From contig JARFRN010000203.1 in the NCBI GenBank assembly GCA_029287195.1, forward strand, positions 1-62,482: a DNA stretch of 62,482 nt, given 5' to 3'. The DNA is from Acidimicrobiia bacterium (GTDB lineage: Bacteria; Actinomycetota; Acidimicrobiia; Spongiisociales; UBA5794). Position 1 is the first letter of the stretch. Every line of letters starts with the position of its first letter. The position numbers and the translations under genes were made by a program. The notes beneath the pieces are model-generated. The model saw only the letters and a program-made list of their open reading frames with translations. It did not search any database and was not told the origin of the DNA. Shown in pieces: positions 17,144-26,070 of the stretch.

Positions 17144-18060
17144 TGGCAGGTCTTCCCGAACACCTGCTCCGCCGGTCGGCCGAGGCACGGGCCAAGGCCG
17201 AAGGACGTGACGTCGAAGAGGTGCTTGCCGAATTGAAGGGCGAAGCTCCCCCGGCCCCTGAGCAAGAGACTCCTGCGGCTGCTCCCGAGCCGGCACCGGC
17301 CGCACCGGCCCCCGAACCCACCCCCACCCGGGCGGCCGCGCCTGCACCCGCAGCCGGGCCGGTACGCGATTTGGAGGCCGAGTCTACCGGCCTCGGTGTG
17401 CCCGTTCCCCTGCTGAGACGGGCAATGGAAGGCCGCGCCCGCAAAGAGGGGAAGCCGGTCCCGGCCATGGCGGGTGCCGCCCCGGCCGCGGCAACGGCGG
17501 CACCGGCGACCAGTGCCCCGGCCCCTGCGGCGCCTGCTGCTGCGGCCCCGGCGATCCCCGAGGGCGTTACCACCCAGCGGCTGCTCACCGTCGTCAAGGC
17601 GGGAGCTATTCAGCAGGTCAAGTCATCACCACAGGACAAGGTCAACGTCTGGCCGCATCTGCTGGCGATCGAATTTGTTGCGTTGATGGTTGTCACTGCG
17701 GGATTGATCGTCTTCTCCGTGTTCGTCGATGCTCCCCTGCTCGAGTTCGCCAATTTCAACGAGCAACCGAACCCGTCGAAGGCTCCGTGGTACTTCCTTG
17801 GTCTGCAGGAGTTGCTCTCATACTTCGACCCGCAGGTCGCCGGCGTAATCATCCCCACATTCGGCCTGATCGGCCTCGCCATCATCCCTTACGTCGACAA
17901 GAACCCTGCAGTGAAGCCATCCGATCGCAAGCTCGCCATCATGATCTTCAGCTTCTTCATTTTCGCCTCCGCGATATTGACCACATACGGCTCGTTCTTC
18001 CGCGGCCCGGGATTCAACTTCTCGTTCCCGTGGGTAGACGGAATCTTCTTCGACTTCTGA
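17143..18060 (+). CDS. Cytochrome bc subunit IV-like (C-terminal cytochrome b half) with two N-terminal HeH-like repeats
   Basis: GTG 17143 overlaps the b6 stop by 1 nt (TAGTG). The C-terminal 3-TM part carries APWYFLGLQELL (the PEWY-equivalent Qo motif). The N-terminus has two copies of ..LLRRSAEARAKAEG.. separated by an Ala/Pro-rich linker. Confidence 0.85.
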   Translation: MAGLPEHLLRRSAEARAKAEGRDVEEVLAELKGEAPPAPEQETPAAAPEPAPAAPAPEPTPTRAAAPAPAAGPVRDLEAESTGLGVPVPLLRRAMEGRARKEGKPVPAMAGAAPAAATAAPATSAPAPAAPAAAAPAIPEGVTTQRLLTVVKAGAIQQVKSSPQDKVNVWPHLLAIEFVALMVVTAGLIVFSVFVDAPLLEFANFNEQPNPSKAPWYFLGLQELLSYFDPQVAGVIIPTFGLIGLAIIPYVDKNPAVKPSDRKLAIMIFSFFIFASAILTTYGSFFRGPGFNFSFPWVDGIFFDF

Positions 18061-18082
18061 TGGAAAAGGACTCAGCCAGAGA

Positions 18083-18931
18083 ATGAGTACAACAGCCATC
18101 TTTGTGATAGCCCTCATCGGAGGGGGGATCCTGGTCGCCGCCGGGATCTTCGCCGTTGCGTGGCGCCGCGGCCCGAGCGCCGAGCCCATCGTCGGTGAAT
18201 TCGACAAGGAAGCGGCGAAGCGAGATATGTCGGCTCGCCCGGCGCCTGAACCTGCGGTCACGACAGCTGAGGCCGTAGCGCCGGAAACGATGCCGGCGGA
18301 GCCGGTACCGCCCTCGATAGAAGACCAGCGAGAGCCGGTCTCCGCCGACGACCTCGGCGTAACCCGCCGCAAGTTCCTCAATCGCGCCGCGCTCGGCCTG
18401 TTTGGGGGCGGATTCCTCGGATCGCTCGGAATCGCCATGCTCGCCTTCCTGTGGCCGAAGCTGAAGGGCGGCTTCGGCAGCAAGATCAATGCCGGCCCGA
18501 TTGCGGCACTCCGCAGTCAGGTGATCCTGGGGGACGGCAGCATCAAGCCGCTGTTCTTCCCCGAGGCGCAGGCCTGGTTGGTCCCGATGGAAGCCTCCCT
18601 GATGCCGGGCAGCTCATTCGATGGCCTCCCCGTGTTGGCCGGGGCCGATGGAGGAGAAACGGGTTTGATGGCGCTGTGGCAGAAGTGCGTTCATCTGGGA
18701 TGCCGGGTTCCCGAGTGCGCCTCGTCGCAAGGCTTCGAGTGCCCGTGCCACGGATCCAAGTACAACTACCACGGGGAATATGACTCCGGGCCGGCTCCGC
18801 GCAACCTCGACCGGTTTGCCCTAGAAGAAGACGCCCAGGGGAACCTGATCATCGACACCGGAACAGTCCTCGAGACACCACGCGCGGTCGTCAAGACGAT
18901 CGCCTACCCGCAGGGACCGAGTTGCTTGTGA
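18083..18931 (+). CDS. Rieske 2Fe-2S subunit
   Basis: CVHLGC...CPCHGS cluster-binding boxes. Internal twin-arginine-like TRRKFLN after an N-terminal TM segment, in the style of actinobacterial QcrA. Confidence 0.9.
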   Translation: MSTTAIFVIALIGGGILVAAGIFAVAWRRGPSAEPIVGEFDKEAAKRDMSARPAPEPAVTTAEAVAPETMPAEPVPPSIEDQREPVSADDLGVTRRKFLNRAALGLFGGGFLGSLGIAMLAFLWPKLKGGFGSKINAGPIAALRSQVILGDGSIKPLFFPEAQAWLVPMEASLMPGSSFDGLPVLAGADGGETGLMALWQKCVHLGCRVPECASSQGFECPCHGSKYNYHGEYDSGPAPRNLDRFALEEDAQGNLIIDTGTVLETPRAVVKTIAYPQGPSCL

Positions 18932-20526
18932 TCGCATCACTGCCCCAGGTCATCGCAGTCGCCGAGAGCAGCGAACCCGTCGGGCCGAGCAACGTCGGTC
19001 TCGGCAGCGTGGTCTTGACGATTGCCGTAGTCATCTTCCTGGGGTGGATCGGCTACCTCGTCATCAACAGCAGGCGGAAGACCCGGCCTCCCGAGGAGGC
19101 CCCACCCAATCAAGAGTTCTTCATGGACGATGAAGGACTCGAGAACAACAGGCTCACCCGCGTCCTCACCGCTGCGGTGATTGCTGCCGGGGTGCTCGCC
19201 ATCGTGATGCCCATCTACTTCGTGAGCGAGACCAGCAGACAGGAGGCCGCAGCCGAGGAAATCAACGAGGACTACATCCACTTTGGTGAGGAGTGGTGGG
19301 TCAAGTTCGAGTGCGGCGCATGTCACGGTCCGGACGGCGGAGGTGGCGCAGCTGAGATCGTCGAGGAACGCTCCGGCCTCAGCGCGAGTTGGGCCGCCCC
19401 AGCCAACAACGACGTGTTCTTCCGCTACAGCGAGGATGAAGTACGGCACTGGATCGTCAACGGCCGGGCCGGCACCCCGATGCCGGCCAGCGGTCTCGAA
19501 GGTGGCGGCGCAATGACGGTGCAGGAAGTCGACCAGGTCATCGCATACCTCCGCAGCCTGCAGATCTCGCAGATGGAGGCGTTCGAAAAGGTAGATGACG
19601 AGGTAGCCGCGGCACTGGACAGGATCGCCGGCGGGGCCGCAACCATCGAGGCGCGAATCGTGGTAGAGAACGCCAAGCTGGCCGATATCGAGGATGGTCC
19701 GGCCCAGTTCGAGGTCATCCGCAGCATGCCGGATGATATCGATGCGCTGCTGAGCGGTCCGGGCACGTGCACCGTCGAGTCGGCGGCGCTGGTCGGCGCC
19801 GCCTGCGCCGAAGAGGGGCCCGATGCGGATCGTGACGGCCTCACCGACGACGTAGAGCCCGCCCTGACGGCACTGGCGCAGCTGGCCTACGAGACGCTGA
19901 CCAAGCGAAGCGTCGATCCGGTGACTCTGGAGGAGACAACGGTCTACGACGACGAATTCGACCTCGAGTTCTCGCCTACCTCACCGTTCTCGATGTCGGA
20001 TGCAACCGGTACGCCGATCCCGGACCTCGAATCGGCACGTGCCTTCATCTCTCACCTCGATACCAAGCATCTGGAATGGTCGCTACTCACCACCCGCAAC
20101 GAACAGTTTGCCGAGCCTGTGATCGACGGTATCGCATTCCTCGAGGATTCGCTGGAGCGTCGCGCCTGGGATGTTGATTTCGATCAGGTTGCTGCCGCCA
20201 CCGGACTGACGCGCACCGAAGCGGAGCGATCGGTTGGGTTGTTCAACGCGTACTGTGCGCGCTGCCACACCGCCGGCTACTCAGCGGGTGTCGAGTTCGA
20301 GCAAGAGCCGGGTTCGGGAGCGTGGGCTCCGGCACTCACCGACGGGCGTACGGTCGTGCAGTTCCCGGACGCGCAGGATCACATCGATTTCATCATCAAC
20401 GGGGCAAATGCCTCCGAACGTTACGGCGTGAACGGGCTGAGCGGCGTCGGTGGTATGCCCGCATTCGGTGCGGTACTCAGCCTCGAGGACATCGAGTTGA
20501 TCGTGAAGTACGAGAGGTCTCTGTAA
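18922..20526 (+). CDS. Membrane-anchored di-haem cytochrome c with a large insertion between the haem domains
   Basis: CGACHG and CARCHT motifs about 330 aa apart. One N-terminal TM segment. C-terminal GGMPAF Met ligand. The start is uncertain (TTG 18922 or GTG 18928). Confidence 0.8.
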   Translation: MLVIASLPQVIAVAESSEPVGPSNVGLGSVVLTIAVVIFLGWIGYLVINSRRKTRPPEEAPPNQEFFMDDEGLENNRLTRVLTAAVIAAGVLAIVMPIYFVSETSRQEAAAEEINEDYIHFGEEWWVKFECGACHGPDGGGGAAEIVEERSGLSASWAAPANNDVFFRYSEDEVRHWIVNGRAGTPMPASGLEGGGAMTVQEVDQVIAYLRSLQISQMEAFEKVDDEVAAALDRIAGGAATIEARIVVENAKLADIEDGPAQFEVIRSMPDDIDALLSGPGTCTVESAALVGAACAEEGPDADRDGLTDDVEPALTALAQLAYETLTKRSVDPVTLEETTVYDDEFDLEFSPTSPFSMSDATGTPIPDLESARAFISHLDTKHLEWSLLTTRNEQFAEPVIDGIAFLEDSLERRAWDVDFDQVAAATGLTRTEAERSVGLFNAYCARCHTAGYSAGVEFEQEPGSGAWAPALTDGRTVVQFPDAQDHIDFIINGANASERYGVNGLSGVGGMPAFGAVLSLEDIELIVKYERSL

Positions 20527-21038
20527 TGGCTTCGCTCCGCACACTCAGACAACGGTTGGTCGAGGACGAACGCGGACTGAGCGCCCTGGAGTGGTTTGGC
20601 ATCTTTGCGGCCATCGTCAGCATCATCGTGTTCATTCCCGCGGTGCGGTCGGTTTTGGGTGCGGCTTTTGATGCAACCCTCGGCCAAAAGGATGACAACG
20701 GCGACCTCACCGGCACCGCCATTGCCTTGCGCGGCATCCTCATCACCATCGTCTCGATCGTGGCGTTCGTCGGCACCGGCTTCCTGCTGCTGTATACGAA
20801 CCTGGGAACCCGCCTTGCCTTTCTCGTCACCGGAGCGGCAACGTTCGGTTGGATGATCGTCGGCTCGATACTGTTCGTTGTGTATGCACCTCGCGGCTTG
20901 CGCCCCGCCAACCTGCAAGGCCTGAATTCGTTTCAGATACGAATTCCGGCAATAGCACTCACTCTGGCATCGCTGATTCTGTTCCTGATGTTCGTTGCTG
21001 CGCTGGATCGGTACGAAAAGGAACAGCCCGAGATCTAG
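20526..21038 (+). CDS. Hypothetical 4-TM membrane protein (last gene of the bc-type operon)
   Basis: ATG 20526 overlaps the cytochrome c stop (TAATG). The protein starts MASLRTLRQRLVEDERGLSALEWFGIFAAIV... and has four hydrophobic segments. The track ORF start at 20322 overlaps the previous gene. Confidence 0.6.
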   Translation: MASLRTLRQRLVEDERGLSALEWFGIFAAIVSIIVFIPAVRSVLGAAFDATLGQKDDNGDLTGTAIALRGILITIVSIVAFVGTGFLLLYTNLGTRLAFLVTGAATFGWMIVGSILFVVYAPRGLRPANLQGLNSFQIRIPAIALTLASLILFLMFVAALDRYEKEQPEI

Positions 21039-21102
21039 ACGTCCTACTCGTTCTTGCGTGATCGAGTCCGCAGTGTCGGACCGACACACGCACGAGCGGA
21101 AG

Positions 21103-22326
21103 ATGGAGGGGTTGATGAGCGGTGAGCGACGGCCCGGTATTGCGACCGAATCTATCCACGCCGGCGAGATTCATGATGGGTCGGGTGCCCACATAGCTCC
21201 GATCTATCAAACCTCTACCTTCACGTTCTCCGACATGCAGGCCGTGAACGATTGGGCCGACGGTAGCGGCGAGGGGTACATCTACTCGCGCGGCGGGAAC
21301 CCCGGCAGGGCCGCATTGGCTGCCAAGCTCGCCGCTCTCGAGGGATACGGCCGGGGTCCAGATGTAGCGGAACCCATTGCTGAGATCTTCTCCTCCGGGA
21401 TGGCCGCGATCGCCGCCGCTCTGATGGGGACGGCGAAGGCCGGCAACCATATTGTGACCCAGCAGGTGCTCTACGGCTCGGCCGACCACTTGATCAGCGG
21501 GATACTCCCTGAGTACGGAATCACCAACAGCAGGATTCCCGGCCTCGACCCGAACCTGCTGGAAAACGAGTTACAACATCGCTCGAATGCGTCGGTCGTC
21601 TACCTAGAGACTCCGGCCAATCCGACTCTGCGGGTCGTCGACATTGCGGAAACCGCCCGAATCGCACACAAGTACGGTGCCCGGTTGGTTGTCGACAACA
21701 CTTTCGCCACACCGGTGCTGCAGCGGCCGCTGCTGCTCGGAGCAGATGTTGTCGTGCACAGCACCACCAAGTACATCAACGGCCACGGAACGGTCATCGG
21801 CGGTGCAGCGATCACCACAGACCGGGATCTGATGGAAACCGAAATAGCCTCGCTAATTCGCTTCACCGGCGGGGTCCCGAGCCCGCTCGACTGCTGGCTG
21901 ACCAACCTGGGGTTGAAGACACTGCCGCTACGAATGGCTCGCCACTGTTCCTCGGCAGCCACCGTCGCTTCCTTCCTCGACGAGAGTCCCCGAGTAGCGG
22001 AAACGCACTACCCCGGTCTGGCTCACCATCCCCAGCACATCATTGCTCGAACACAGATGTCCGATTTTGGGGCGATGCTGGCCTTCGACCTCGGGGACTA
22101 CGGGGCGGCAATGCAGTTCCTCGATCGCCTCGAGCTGTGCACTCTCGCTGTGAGCCTGGGCAACGTCGACACGCTCATTGAGCATCCCGCATCCATGACT
22201 CATCGTGTGGTCCCACCGGAGGAACGGGCGGCTTCGGGAATCAGCGACGGCCTGATCCGCCTGTCCGTCGGTCTGGAGGATCCCGGCGACATAGTCGCCG
22301 ACCTCGCCCAGGCGCTCGGCCGTTGA
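21103..22326 (+). CDS. Cys/Met-metabolism PLP-dependent enzyme (cystathionine gamma-synthase / methionine gamma-lyase / O-acylhomoserine sulfhydrylase family)
   Basis: Motifs: HAGE..., YSRGGNP, HSTTKYINGHGTVIGG (PLP lysine), VSLGNVDTLIEHPASMTH. Alternative start ATG 21115 follows GGAGG. Confidence 0.85.
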   Translation: MEGLMSGERRPGIATESIHAGEIHDGSGAHIAPIYQTSTFTFSDMQAVNDWADGSGEGYIYSRGGNPGRAALAAKLAALEGYGRGPDVAEPIAEIFSSGMAAIAAALMGTAKAGNHIVTQQVLYGSADHLISGILPEYGITNSRIPGLDPNLLENELQHRSNASVVYLETPANPTLRVVDIAETARIAHKYGARLVVDNTFATPVLQRPLLLGADVVVHSTTKYINGHGTVIGGAAITTDRDLMETEIASLIRFTGGVPSPLDCWLTNLGLKTLPLRMARHCSSAATVASFLDESPRVAETHYPGLAHHPQHIIARTQMSDFGAMLAFDLGDYGAAMQFLDRLELCTLAVSLGNVDTLIEHPASMTHRVVPPEERAASGISDGLIRLSVGLEDPGDIVADLAQALGR

Positions 22327-22372
22327 AGGCCGCCTGGCGAGGCCAGAGCACTCCGGGGAGGGACGCGACGCC

Positions 22373-22999
22373 TTAGCCGCCCAAACGGCCTTCGTAGTAC
22401 GCCAGGATCTGCAGCTCGGTTGATAGATCGACTCGGCGTACCTCGACCCCTGCAGGGCGTTTCAGGACCGCAGGCGCGAAGTTGAGTATCGAGCGCACCC
22501 CGGCCTCCACGAAGCGGTCTGCGACCTCCTGGGCCGCTTTCACCGGCGTCGCGATGACCCCTATAGACACGTCCCTGGCTGCAACGATGGTGCCGATCGT
22601 CTCATAGGGCTCAACCGTCAGGGAGTCGATTCGGGTCCCTATCTTGGTGGGATCGGTATCGAAGAGCGCGACTACGTTGAATCCCGACTCGTTGAACCCC
22701 GGGTACATCGTCAGGGCGTTTCCCAGGTTGCCTGCACCGGCAATCGCAACCCGGTGTTCGCGGGTGAGGCCGAGTTCGCGACGCAGCACAGCCCGCAGCT
22801 CGGCAACGTCGTACCCGACACCGCGCACCCCGGGAGGATCGACGTAGGAGAGATCCTTGCGAACCTGAGCAGGGTTCACTCCCGCACTTTCCGCCAACTG
22901 CTCGGACGAACACGTCACCTGGTCGGGGGCTACCTCGCTCACACACCGCAGATAGAGTGGAAGCCGAGCCACGGTCGCAGTCGGAATGGAGCCTTTCAT
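22373..22999 (-). CDS. rex: Redox-sensing transcriptional repressor Rex
   Basis: Motifs: ATVARLPLYLRCV, QVRKDLSY, GVRGVGYDV, IAGAGNLGNAL, SILNFAP. The start MKGSIPT at 22999 gives 208 aa. The track ORF extends to 23152. Confidence 0.9.
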   Translation of the reverse strand: MKGSIPTATVARLPLYLRCVSEVAPDQVTCSSEQLAESAGVNPAQVRKDLSYVDPPGVRGVGYDVAELRAVLRRELGLTREHRVAIAGAGNLGNALTMYPGFNESGFNVVALFDTDPTKIGTRIDSLTVEPYETIGTIVAARDVSIGVIATPVKAAQEVADRFVEAGVRSILNFAPAVLKRPAGVEVRRVDLSTELQILAYYEGRLGG

Positions 23000-23063
23000 C
23001 GCTGCGAGATTAGTGCGCCTACGGGGACGCAAAATCTCACCCGGCCGCGCCTTTGAAGCGGGG

Positions 23064-23318
23064 CTAGAACCACGCCCGCAACGCCGCTCCGTATGCCTGC
23101 CACTGGCTGATTCGTCCTTCTGCGAGGACGTTGCCGCGCCGGTTGAGGACAACCGGGATCCGCATGTTGTAGTTGTCCGTCAGCTCCGGCTCATCGCGAA
23201 TATCCACTGCGATGAGCTCGACTCCGAGCCTCTTGGTCGCTCGCTCCATGATGGGAAGGACCTCATCGCACAGACCGCAACCCGGCTTGGTCAGATACTG
23301 GATTCGCCGATAGCGCAT
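23064..23318 (-). CDS. Glutaredoxin-like (DUF836-type) thioredoxin-fold protein
   Basis: 84 aa with a KPGCGLCDE CxxC motif. AGGAGAAGGA RBS upstream. Confidence 0.7.
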   Translation of the reverse strand: MRYRRIQYLTKPGCGLCDEVLPIMERATKRLGVELIAVDIRDEPELTDNYNMRIPVVLNRRGNVLAEGRISQWQAYGAALRAWF

Positions 23319-23420
23319 TAACGTCCTTCTCCTATGAGACCCGCCACCGCTGCCGTCATCATCGGACTTCTCGTGTTGATTTTGGGTTCTTCACTCATCT
23401 GGCTGATACGCAGCTTCTAG

Positions 23421-24254
23421 CTAGCCCGGCAAGATTTGCAGACCAGGCCTACCCGAACGAATCGTGACCGCAGTGCCCGCAGCCAGCGGGTATGAGTCGA
23501 CGGCGCTGCCGTTGCGGACTGCAATCGCAATCTGGCCGTAGCTGTCGATGTGCAGCAGGCCCTCTCCCTCATCGACATTGCCGTAGGCATCCACCCACTC
23601 GATGCCGAATTCGGCGGATGCGATCTTGAGGACGATGTCGGTGCCGGGAGCGATTCCGACCAATTGCAGATCCTGCGGGGTGATGTTGAGCTGGCAATTG
23701 CCGAAGTGATCCACCCACAGCACCTCGCCGACTACCGCGTCTTCGCTGTGCTCGACGAGCGGCAGCATCAAGGGAACAACGGAATCGGGATCCATCTCGG
23801 GACCCAGCTCTCGCAGCGTCGCCTGGCCGGAAGCAATCACCGCTGCAGCAGGGCCAAATAGGTCTCTTCCGTGGAACGTGGCACCCGGAGCCGGCAACAT
23901 CACCTCCGGGTTCTCTATCGAAACGACCTTGTCGGCACCCCCGACCATGGCAACCGCCGGAGCCAGCAAACCGTTGTCCGGACCGATCAGTGTCCCCCAC
24001 TCGGTGCCGGTTGCTATTGCCTTGCGCTCGGTGCCGACCCCGGGATCGATCACCGCAAGGGCAACCCCCTGCGGCAGGTACTGAATCGCCCGCATCAACG
24101 CCAGGGCCCCGGCCCGGATATCGCCCTGGACGAAATCATGGCCCACATCGATGACTCGCACTTCCGGGGCGATGCGGGCGATCACGCCGTGCACAACGCC
24201 GACAAACTCGTCATCACGGCCGAAGTCGGACAAGAAGGAGATGGGGAGACTCAT
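23421..24254 (-). CDS. SAM hydrolase / SAM hydroxide adenosyltransferase family protein (DUF62)
   Basis: Motifs: ISFLSDFGRDDEFVGVVHGVI, VIDPGVGTERKAIA, GPDNGLL. Confidence 0.85.
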   Translation of the reverse strand: MSLPISFLSDFGRDDEFVGVVHGVIARIAPEVRVIDVGHDFVQGDIRAGALALMRAIQYLPQGVALAVIDPGVGTERKAIATGTEWGTLIGPDNGLLAPAVAMVGGADKVVSIENPEVMLPAPGATFHGRDLFGPAAAVIASGQATLRELGPEMDPDSVVPLMLPLVEHSEDAVVGEVLWVDHFGNCQLNITPQDLQLVGIAPGTDIVLKIASAEFGIEWVDAYGNVDEGEGLLHIDSYGQIAIAVRNGSAVDSYPLAAGTAVTIRSGRPGLQILPG

Positions 24255-24303
24255 GTGCGAGATGGTACCCGCCGCGGCCTGCCTGCGGCTCCTTGCCGAG
24301 CCA

Positions 24304-25974
24304 TCAGCGCATGTGCATGTAGAAACCGCCGACTTCGAGGTCGAGCACGCTGATTAGGCGACCGAACGCTGCGGGATCACCGCTCACAGTTGTTGCCGCC
24401 GATGGATTGCTTGCCAGGTCGGCAAGGGTCAGCTCAACAACGGCATCGACATCATCTGCAACGCCATCGTCCGTGTTGAGCACGCTGTTGCGCAGCCGCA
24501 CCGTGACCTCTTCACCGCTGTCTGTCGCCCTCACCCCGACGCTGATGCGAGCATCCCCGGCCGCTGTGGCATCGAGCTGATACCGCCACCCGCCGATGAT
24601 CTCCTCGGCCGATGCCTGCCCCGCAAGCATGCCGAGCATTGCATTGACGATGAGGTCGGGGTCGATGGCCCCTTCCAGTTCCAGAGCGCCGGTGAGATAC
24701 CAGGAACGGGCAATCGGGTTCAGTTCCTGATAGCCCCTGGCGCGCAATGCAGCGGCCTTGACCAGCTTGCCGTCTTCGTTGTCGGGCTCGGCGCGGACAA
24801 CGAGCTGTGCCAGCTCCGCGGCGTATTGGTGATCTCCGTCGGCATGGGCCGCCTTGGCGGCGTCGAGCACCTCGTCGGCCCCTCCCATCAGCTCGACGAA
24901 TCCCTCCGCCCGCCGCTTCGGCTCTGAGGGAAACATGTCGGTCGCATCACCGTTGAACCAGCTGACCCAACCCGTGAAGAACTCGGGAACGGTTGTGAAC
25001 GGCGTCCCGTAGGTCGGCACCGAATACGGTGGCTCGTAGAGATGATCGGGCAGTTCCTTGAGAGCGTGCTGCAGCTCTACCGGTGTGTAGCCCTTATTGA
25101 TCAAACGGATCGACTGATCCCACAGGTACTGAGTCGCATCGCGGTAGCGGGTGATGGTTTCCTCTATGAAGCCCTTCCCTTGTATCGGCATGATGTGCGA
25201 ACCCAGCAGCCATTCGGGTCTGATCTCGAGCACCCGATCGAGCGCCTGCAAGTAGTTGTCAGGGATCCGCGGCTTGGAGCCGCGGATCGAATGCATGTTG
25301 GGGATTCCCGTGAAGAACTCGTCGGCGATGATCACCATGTCGAACTCGGGAATGTGGATTCCGAACTCGGAGATCGCCTCCCCCCCGGTGTAGAAGACCT
25401 CGAGGGTGACCCCGGCGATCGTCAGCTCCGTGTCCGTCGACAGGGTATGGGTTGGAGGGATGTACCCCGCGGTGCCGCCCGCCGGGATGGTGCCGATGCC
25501 GTGATGGTGCAGATCCTCGGGGGGAAGGAAGGCGCCCCCGTAATAGCCGACGCCCATGGATTGGCGGACCAGTATCTCGCCGAACTCGTTGGCTCGTTCC
25601 TCTTCGAAGTTGTCCCAGGCATAGATCGCAGTCTTGCCTGCGGCAACATCTGCAGGATCGACGATGGCCGCCGTCCCGTTGTAGTGATCCCCGTGGTGGT
25701 GCGAATAGAAGATCGCCTCGACGGGCTTGTCGGAGACCTTCTCGATCTCGGCAGCAATGTGGGCACCGGCTTCGGCGTTGACCCCCGTGTCATAGACGAT
25801 GAGGCCGTCGTCACCTTCGATGATGGTGCCGTTGCCCAGGTAGCCCAGTGGGCAGTGGACGGTCCACACCGGCAGACTGTCGCACCTGTAAGTTCCCTGC
25901 TTCTCCACGGTGAGACGACGATGCTCGAGGAAGTAATCCGGCCAGGAGCGCTCCACGTCGTACGGGTTTGCCAT
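24304..25974 (-). CDS. MBL-fold alkyl/aryl-sulfatase-like hydrolase
   Basis: YSHHHGDHYNG metallo-beta-lactamase motif. The 556-aa length and C-terminal SCP2-like region fit the SdsA1/BDS1-type architecture. Confidence 0.75.
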   Translation of the reverse strand: MANPYDVERSWPDYFLEHRRLTVEKQGTYRCDSLPVWTVHCPLGYLGNGTIIEGDDGLIVYDTGVNAEAGAHIAAEIEKVSDKPVEAIFYSHHHGDHYNGTAAIVDPADVAAGKTAIYAWDNFEEERANEFGEILVRQSMGVGYYGGAFLPPEDLHHHGIGTIPAGGTAGYIPPTHTLSTDTELTIAGVTLEVFYTGGEAISEFGIHIPEFDMVIIADEFFTGIPNMHSIRGSKPRIPDNYLQALDRVLEIRPEWLLGSHIMPIQGKGFIEETITRYRDATQYLWDQSIRLINKGYTPVELQHALKELPDHLYEPPYSVPTYGTPFTTVPEFFTGWVSWFNGDATDMFPSEPKRRAEGFVELMGGADEVLDAAKAAHADGDHQYAAELAQLVVRAEPDNEDGKLVKAAALRARGYQELNPIARSWYLTGALELEGAIDPDLIVNAMLGMLAGQASAEEIIGGWRYQLDATAAGDARISVGVRATDSGEEVTVRLRNSVLNTDDGVADDVDAVVELTLADLASNPSAATTVSGDPAAFGRLISVLDLEVGGFYMHMR

Positions 25975-26070
25975 TGCTCCATCCCTTTCGAGTTCGATCC
26001 GGCGCCGAGGCTAGCAAGCTGGATTGCCCACCAACCTGGATCGTGGTTTCGGCCCCGAGATACGGTGCGA

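Noticed and set aside
23335-23421. 28-codon hydrophobic ORF (MRPATAAVIIGLLVLILGSSLIWLIRSF) on the plus strand between the DUF62 and glutaredoxin-like genes.
   Set aside because: There is no purine-rich RBS, and the upstream sequence is the complement of the minus-strand RBS. It sits inside a minus-strand operon spacer and is too short to assess without conservation data.
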